Virus record (IMG/VR): IMGVR_UViG_3300040971_000036
Location: 1-30,850 of that record
Strand: one strand, 5' to 3'
DNA length: 30,850 nucleotides
Source: a virus
Lineage: Duplodnaviria; Caudoviricetes
The translations under genes and the position numbers were made by a program. The notes beneath the pieces are model-generated. The model saw nothing but the letters and a program-made list of their open reading frames with translations, made no database searches and was not told the DNA's origin. The first letter of the stretch is position 1, and every line of letters starts with the position of its first letter. Of the stretch, positions 25,604 through 30,850 are shown one piece after another.

Positions 25604-25810
25604 GGACTCACGAACGGAGCGGAAAGAAACTAAGCGAACGGCGCAGCGGACCCCACGGGGAAGGCATAAAGCGGACTAGTAGCCAAGCACCGGAACCCGC
25701 GAAGTGAGTAAGATTTGAGCGACAAGACGACATAAAGATAAGCCTTACCGACGCCACCTAATAGTAGCCGCTCGCCACCGCAAACACAAACGCCAACAGG
25801 GGAAACAGCC

Positions 25811-25975
25811 ATGACACAGACACGCATCCTCCAGCTTTCCGACAGGGACAGCCCGAGCAGGGCCAAGCGCAAGACGCTCATTGAGGTGCTGTGCATAATC
25901 GGGATCGCGCCGTTGGCGGCTTGGCTGGCAATCGGATGCATAGAGTGGGCCAGCACGTGGCTGGCGGGGAGGTAG
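25811..25975 (+). CDS. Small single-TM protein (54 aa)
   Basis: AGGGG RBS; MTQTRILQ...LIEVLCIIGIAPLAAWLAIGCIEW; below ORF-track cut-off. Confidence 0.6.
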   Translation: MTQTRILQLSDRDSPSRAKRKTLIEVLCIIGIAPLAAWLAIGCIEWASTWLAGR

Positions 25976-25979
25976 GGCC

Positions 25980-26132
25980 ATGAAGTGCGACAAGTGCGGT
26001 AAAAAGATCATTGGTGCGCGCGTCCAGATCATCCACCCAGACACCCGCAAGGTGCTGGCCACCTACTGCCCGGACTGTGCTGACAAGATGGAGCGCGTAT
26101 GGGCCAGAAACGCGCGGAAGGAGGCGGCATGA
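25980..26132 (+). CDS. Small zinc-finger protein (50 aa)
   Basis: GGAGG RBS; MKCDKCGK...YCPDC; ATGA overlap with the next gene. Confidence 0.7.
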   Translation: MKCDKCGKKIIGARVQIIHPDTRKVLATYCPDCADKMERVWARNARKEAA

Positions 26133-26410
26133 GCCACAGGCACGCTTTCAAGCTCGACATCTACCCGGACTGCTGCTGCGACGACTGCGCCGAGTACGGC
26201 AAGGAAACAGATGGTCAGTGCGAGATCTTCAACGAGGCCGTGGCTTCTCTCCCGCAGGGATTCGGGGAAATGGAAATCCCCCGCACCACCAGCAAGTGCA
26301 GCCAGTTCAAGCCAGGTGCGGACCTTCTGGCCGACCTCGCGGACGAAGCGGCCTACCGCAGAGAGCAGGACGCCAGAGAGCGCGCCCGCGAAATGGGGAT
26401 GCACGCATGA
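26129..26410 (+). CDS. Cys-rich hypothetical protein (93 aa)
   Basis: AAGGAGG RBS; CCCDDC...C...C. Confidence 0.7.
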   Translation: MSHRHAFKLDIYPDCCCDDCAEYGKETDGQCEIFNEAVASLPQGFGEMEIPRTTSKCSQFKPGADLLADLADEAAYRREQDARERAREMGMHA

Positions 26411-26619
26411 GCGCAAACACACCCCCGGCCACCTCCCGCTTTCCCGTGCTGTGGCGCGGCACGCAGGCCGGGCGCGCGGAGAAGTGTATTCAGGACGGCA
26501 TGAGGCAGAGGCGGGAAATGCGGCTGGGGTGGCCGCGCCTCACCACAGATTTCCCCGGGGCCGTTGAGGCCATCGGACACAAAAAGGCCGCGCAGATGAT
26601 GCGCGAGGAGGGAAATTAG
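26407..26619 (+). CDS. Hypothetical protein (70 aa)
   Basis: ATGA overlap; fills the gap to the next gene. Confidence 0.6.
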   Translation: MSANTPPATSRFPVLWRGTQAGRAEKCIQDGMRQRREMRLGWPRLTTDFPGAVEAIGHKKAAQMMREEGN

Positions 26620-26620
26620 A

Positions 26621-27592
26621 ATGGAAAATCAGATCGCAGTCCTTCAGCCGCAGGGGGCAGTCGTTGCCACCCTGGATAGCATGGCCGTCCCATTTGAGGC
26701 CATCCTGAAGCGCAAGCACATGCTCCAGGGGGTCATGACCCACATCATGAAGAACGAAGTGCACTACGGGAAGATCCCCGGGTGCGGCGACAAGCCGACC
26801 CTGCTCAAGCCTGGGGCCGAGGCCATCTTGTCCACGTTCCAGATCGCCCCCGAGTACATCATTTCCAAGACAGAGCTGGGCAACGGCCACCGGGAATACG
26901 AGATCGTGTGCAAGCTCTACGCGCTCAACGGGGCCTTCGTCGGCTCCGGCGTTGGCTCGGCCACCACGATGGAAGGCAAGTACCGCTTCCGCGTGGGCGG
27001 CGGCGAGGCCACGGAAATACAGGTGCCCAAGAAGTATTGGGACACCCGCAAGAACGACCCCAAGGGCGCTTCGAGAATCCTGCGCGACCTGGCCAACCAG
27101 AACGGCATCGAGGGTGAAAGCTTCGGCACGCAGAAGGTAGACGGGGTGTGGATGCTTACCACCAAGGGGGCCGATGCCAAGATTGAGCACGACAACCCTG
27201 CCGACTACTACAACACCGTCCTGAAGATGGCAAAGAAGCGCGCCATGGTTGACGCGACCCTAACCACCACCGGTGCCAGCGACATCTTCACCCAGGACAT
27301 CGAGGATATGCCGGAAGTCATCCCCGGTGCGGACAAAATGCCGCAGTCCCCGCCGCAGGGGTTCCAGGCCCCGGCAGGTATGGACGACATGCCCGGAGAC
27401 GCGCCGCACGTCGATGCGATTAACGTAACCGGGTTGGCCGACTTCCTCAACGGTGTGGCCGACCTCGCCGAGCTGGAGGCCGAATACAAGATCATAAAGG
27501 CAAGCCCGCGGTGGGCCGTCAGTGACCAGAAGGCCATCAACGCCGCGTTCAGCACCCGCAAGGCCGCGCTTACGCAAAGGGAGGCCGCGTAA
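26621..27592 (+). CDS. Putative single-strand annealing / recombination protein
   Basis: HYGKIPGCGDKPTLLKPGAE, VGSGVGSATTME, NTVLKMAKKRA...IFTQDIED, then a low-complexity linker and small helical C-domain; next to DUF1351. Confidence 0.6.
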   Translation: MENQIAVLQPQGAVVATLDSMAVPFEAILKRKHMLQGVMTHIMKNEVHYGKIPGCGDKPTLLKPGAEAILSTFQIAPEYIISKTELGNGHREYEIVCKLYALNGAFVGSGVGSATTMEGKYRFRVGGGEATEIQVPKKYWDTRKNDPKGASRILRDLANQNGIEGESFGTQKVDGVWMLTTKGADAKIEHDNPADYYNTVLKMAKKRAMVDATLTTTGASDIFTQDIEDMPEVIPGADKMPQSPPQGFQAPAGMDDMPGDAPHVDAINVTGLADFLNGVADLAELEAEYKIIKASPRWAVSDQKAINAAFSTRKAALTQREAA

Positions 27593-28581
27593 TGACTGCC
27601 ACCAACCCAACCGACCTGAACCTGTCCTTCACGCCTCCCGCGGTTCAGGGCTTCGACTACGCCGCCCTTGAGGCTTGGGCCTTGGCCATCGCGGAGAAGT
27701 ACCAGGGCCTTGTCGTCACCGAAGATCAGGTTGTCGGCATCAAGTCAGAAATGGCGCACCTGAACGCCACAAAGAAGAAGCTGGACGACGCCCGCAAGGA
27801 TGCCGTCAAGGTCGTCTCCGCGCCTATCAAGGAGTTTGAAGCGCAGATCAAGGCCGTGTGCGCCATTTTCGATAACACCTATGCCGCCCTGTCCGAGCAG
27901 GTGAAGAACCACGAAGAGCGTGCCCGCGAGATCAAGCGCCAGGAAGTGCTTTTCGCAATCGAAACCCTGACGGCAGAGGCGGGCTTCCCTGGCCTGGAAG
28001 TCCCGGTGCAGGACTCCTGGCTGAACAAGACGCAGAAGCCGAAGGCCACGGCGGACGCCATCAAGGCCATCATCGCGGACCACATCAAGGCCGAGAAGGA
28101 CGCCGCTGCGCTGGAACAGGCGAAGCAGGACCGGGCCGTTGCCATCGAACAGCAGTGCGCGGCCCTGGCCCAGGGCTACGGCTTCGCGCTGCCCGTCAGC
28201 CAGTTCCTCAAGCTGCACGACCTGAGTCTTGCGCTGGTGGACGTGCACGAGAGCATCACCGCAGCCTACCGCGCCAAGGCCGACCAGATGGCCCGCGAGA
28301 ACGTGGCCCCTGTGCCCGCCAGCGCCGCCGTGGCGGCTCCTGCGCCCCAGGCCGCGCCATGCGCCCAGGCCCCCATTGCCGCCCCTGCGGGTTCCCCGGT
28401 GCTCAAGAACATCACCGTGGCCCTGCGCTTCGACCCGGCGCGCGAGAACGACATCAACATGGCCCTGCGCCACCTTGAAGGGCTTGGCGTGAGCGTGGTG
28501 CGCGTGGCCGGTCCCTACGAGACGCGCGAGATCATCCCGCAGCAAACGACAGCCCCGGTTCAGCGCGCCCGCAACTATTAG
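27592..28581 (+). CDS. DUF1351 family coiled-coil protein
   Basis: KYQGLVVTED...AHLNATKKKLDDARK...PIKEFEAQIK...SWLNKT. Confidence 0.8.
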   Translation: MTATNPTDLNLSFTPPAVQGFDYAALEAWALAIAEKYQGLVVTEDQVVGIKSEMAHLNATKKKLDDARKDAVKVVSAPIKEFEAQIKAVCAIFDNTYAALSEQVKNHEERAREIKRQEVLFAIETLTAEAGFPGLEVPVQDSWLNKTQKPKATADAIKAIIADHIKAEKDAAALEQAKQDRAVAIEQQCAALAQGYGFALPVSQFLKLHDLSLALVDVHESITAAYRAKADQMARENVAPVPASAAVAAPAPQAAPCAQAPIAAPAGSPVLKNITVALRFDPARENDINMALRHLEGLGVSVVRVAGPYETREIIPQQTTAPVQRARNY

Positions 28582-28598
28582 TTCCCCTCCCTCACCCA

Positions 28599-28631
28599 GG
28601 GCTGCCCGTCGTTTCCCCCGGCGGGCGGCCC
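28599..28631 (+). promoter_or_regulatory. 13 bp GC stem-loop without U tract
   Basis: GGGCTGCCCGTCG / CGGCGGGCGGCCC with two G-U pairs on the plus strand. Confidence 0.55.
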
Positions 28632-28649
28632 GACAAAAGGAGCAACATC

Positions 28650-29120
28650 ATGCAGATCACAATCAATACTGCTGACATATTGGGCGACGAAACAACCATC
28701 CGCGACGAGGTAGTTTCCGCCATCACCAACGCCATGCGCCACGAGATGCGCGACAAAATTGCCACGCTGGTTGCCGTCAACGCCGAAGCCGCCTTGCGTG
28801 ATGCCATCAAGGATCAGATGGCGGGGATCGTCGCGATTCACCTTGACGCTCCATTTTGCCCCACGGACATCTACGGCAACAAAAAGCCGGAGACGACTCT
28901 CCGCAGTATGATTGCCGAGATCATCCAAAAGGAATGCACGCTGCAAACCAGGGGTAGCAACTACGATCAGAACCGCTTCACCCAGGCCGTGAATGAAACG
29001 CTCAAGTCCGAACTTGCCCGTTTCCAGAAGGAGTTCAACTCCATCGTCACGGCCAACGCGGTAAGTCAGACCCTCGAACTCGCATACAAGAAGCTCCGCG
29101 AAGTCTGCGGCATCAAGTAG
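28650..29120 (+). CDS. Hypothetical helical protein
   Basis: 156 aa, AAGGAG RBS, PTDIYG motif. Confidence 0.75.
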   Translation: MQITINTADILGDETTIRDEVVSAITNAMRHEMRDKIATLVAVNAEAALRDAIKDQMAGIVAIHLDAPFCPTDIYGNKKPETTLRSMIAEIIQKECTLQTRGSNYDQNRFTQAVNETLKSELARFQKEFNSIVTANAVSQTLELAYKKLREVCGIK

Positions 29121-29261
29121 CTGCGGCCCAACACCAGAAGATGCCCACCTGGCGTATCTCGCAGCAAAGAGAGAATTGCACCCAGGCTCTACGCTGTAGC
29201 CCTGCGACGAGGAATCGCAGGGGCGAATGAGCGAAGGTAAAAACAAAGGGAGGAGAGGGAG

Positions 29262-29615
29262 ATGACAGTTGAGGAAATCATGACCAGGACAGCGCGTTTG
29301 CCGCTTTCTCTGGACGAGCTGGAAACTGGCCGGAAGCTTGCTGATGCCGCGAACCCTGCGCCGTGGAAAATGGGCGGTGAATTCGGGGAAAATTGGGAAG
29401 TTGCCGACTTCGGCGTATTTGAAGGTCCCGACGGATACGCCCGGCAAATGCGCGTGCAGACCGATGGCTGCAACGCTTCACGCCTGTGCGGGACGGCGGA
29501 AGACGACGCGGCTCTGGTTGTGTGGATGCGTAACAATATTCGCGCTCTGCTGGCACAGGCCCGTATGGCCTACCTCGCCGCCGCCGTGGGCGACGGTGCC
29601 GTCATCATCGCCTAG
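29262..29615 (+). CDS. Ead/Ea22-like phage protein
   Basis: LADAANPAPW...DDAALVVWMRNNIRALL resembles the ATPGPW...DAEFIA pattern; GGAGG RBS. Confidence 0.55.
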   Translation: MTVEEIMTRTARLPLSLDELETGRKLADAANPAPWKMGGEFGENWEVADFGVFEGPDGYARQMRVQTDGCNASRLCGTAEDDAALVVWMRNNIRALLAQARMAYLAAAVGDGAVIIA

Positions 29616-29631
29616 CCCTTTCCCTCCCATA

Positions 29632-29656
29632 CCGCCCAGGCTGGATACCTGGGCGG
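29632..29656 (+). promoter_or_regulatory. 9 bp perfect stem-loop without U tract
   Basis: CCGCCCAGG-7 nt-CCTGGGCGG. Confidence 0.5.
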
Positions 29657-29690
29657 CAGCGAGCGAGAGAGCAACAACAAGGAGGAGAAG

Positions 29691-29918
29691 ATGAAGGGAT
29701 CTAATAGCACGTACCGCCCAGCACCGGGAATAACTTGCCTCATCTCACCGCCGAACAGCGACGACGGCCACGGGAATTACACGTTTGGCGAGTTTGAGGT
29801 GTTGTGGACGGACGCGACATTCATTGTCTACCGCCACAAGGATTGCTGGCCGTGCGTGAATAAGTGGGAACACGTGATCTGCAAGCCGCTTGAGAAGGAG
29901 GAGGCCCCCCATGAGTAA
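29691..29918 (+). CDS. Hypothetical protein
   Basis: 75 aa, AAGGAGG RBS. Confidence 0.7.
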   Translation: MKGSNSTYRPAPGITCLISPPNSDDGHGNYTFGEFEVLWTDATFIVYRHKDCWPCVNKWEHVICKPLEKEEAPHE

Positions 29919-30336
29919 CGCCCCCCTGACTGCTGCGGAGATTGAGGAAATCAAGGCATTGGTTGGGAACCACTACACGACGTGGGAAAGCGACGACAAA
30001 GAAGCCGCCGCTACGTATTTGGCGCGCCTCCTCTCCATGCTCACCCCTCCCCCTGACGCGGCGGTGAGGGCGGCGGTGAAAAACGCGGAGGAGTTGCTGG
30101 ACGGTGTACACGTAGGATCGTCGATCGCGGATGGACTGAAAGTTGTCAGGATTCGCCCCGAAAGCCTCCGCACCATCCTGCGCGCCGTGCAGGCACCAAG
30201 GCTGACCCCAGCGCAGATAGAAGCGATTCAGGTGGCAGCATCTTTGCTCAAAGGCAAAAATGGAGATCGTGCGTGGGCTAGGCGCAAACTTGAAGCCGCG
30301 TTCCCCGAAGCGTTTGAAGGGGAGGCAGGGAAATGA
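29911..30336 (+). CDS. Hypothetical protein (141 aa)
   Basis: ATG 29911 after GGAGG; overlaps neighbours. Confidence 0.7.
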   Translation: MSNAPLTAAEIEEIKALVGNHYTTWESDDKEAAATYLARLLSMLTPPPDAAVRAAVKNAEELLDGVHVGSSIADGLKVVRIRPESLRTILRAVQAPRLTPAQIEAIQVAASLLKGKNGDRAWARRKLEAAFPEAFEGEAGK

Positions 30337-30473
30337 AAGACTACTATGCGTTTATCCGCGAGCTCTGCGCCACTGGACTCCTCCGGTGGGAAGAAATGAC
30401 CGATCCCGACCTATGGGACATGCTGTTCGACGTATTCTGTTGTCCGGGGTGCGAGGAGGTGGACCGTGGGTGA
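30333..30473 (+). CDS. Small hypothetical protein (46 aa)
   Basis: ATGA overlap, GGAGG RBS; MKDYYAFIRE...CCPGC. Confidence 0.6.
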   Translation: MKDYYAFIRELCATGLLRWEEMTDPDLWDMLFDVFCCPGCEEVDRG

Positions 30474-30684
30474 CAATGACCTGATTTGCGACAACTGCGG
30501 AAACGAGGACCAAAGCGACTTCGCCCCAGGCGAGGACGGCAAGCCTGCCTGCGGGAATTGCGGCTGGCAACGTATTCGCACCCGCCGCGAAGTAGAAGAA
30601 CAGGAAAGGCTTGAGGCCGAAAGTCGTGAAGCCGCGAACAGGATGAAGGCCGACCTCGCAAGAGTAGAACCGGAGGAATGGTAG
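30466..30684 (+). CDS. Small zinc-ribbon protein
   Basis: GTG start after GGAGG; CDNCGN...CGNCG. Confidence 0.7.
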   Translation: MGDNDLICDNCGNEDQSDFAPGEDGKPACGNCGWQRIRTRREVEEQERLEAESREAANRMKADLARVEPEEW

Positions 30685-30686
30685 CC

Positions 30687-30850
30687 ATGAGCAAAATGAT
30701 GGACATGCAGGACGGGCGGACGACCCCCGCGCTGCTGCCGGAAGACGTAAAGTGGGCCATGCGCGAGTTGAACGCTTACGCTGCGCAGAACCCCGGAACG
30801 CCGCTCGGCATCATGTACGCCACGCTAGGAACCCGCATCTCCGACCTCGT
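30687..30850 (+). CDS. Hypothetical protein, truncated by window end
   Basis: GGAGG at 30672; open frame MSKMMDMQDGRTTPALLPEDVKWAMRE to the edge. Confidence 0.6.
   Translation, partial: MSKMMDMQDGRTTPALLPEDVKWAMRELNAYAAQNPGTPLGIMYATLGTRISDL

Noticed and set aside
26540-29447. Long minus-strand ORFs (216, 266, 289 aa)
   Set aside because: Shadows of well-supported plus-strand genes with RBSs and coupled junctions

Overview
This window is most of a GC-rich, probably temperate, short-tailed phage or prophage genome. It has two divergent arms that meet at an AT-rich, dyad-symmetric control region at about 25500-25600. The minus-strand arm runs: Cro-like HTH, replication initiator with internal iteron-like repeats, putative loader, small Zn-finger, VRR-NUC and MazG-like genes, GH108 endolysin, holin, HNH-AP2 endonuclease, TerS, TerL, portal, scaffold, major capsid, decoration protein, a Maf/sialyltransferase-like orphan enzyme, tail adaptor and nozzle, GNAT-like protein, three ejection proteins, and a T7 gp17-anchored tail fibre. 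The largest ejection protein carries an ADP-ribosyltransferase-like polyvalent module. The plus-strand arm carries small early genes, a putative single-strand annealing protein, DUF1351 and an Ead/Ea22-like gene. No integrase, CI repressor, spanins, tRNA, CRISPR array or DGR is visible. The most striking unexplained signal is non-coding. Four late-gene leaders (endolysin, HNH, TerS, major capsid) each fold into elaborate RNA structures. These include a ~110 nt hairpin that could occlude the endolysin RBS only in read-through mRNA, a ~240 nt multi-stem element with a possible pseudoknot before terS, and a doubled internal-loop motif before the capsid gene. Family calls come from motif recognition and gene order, not database searches, and RNA pairings were found by eye.
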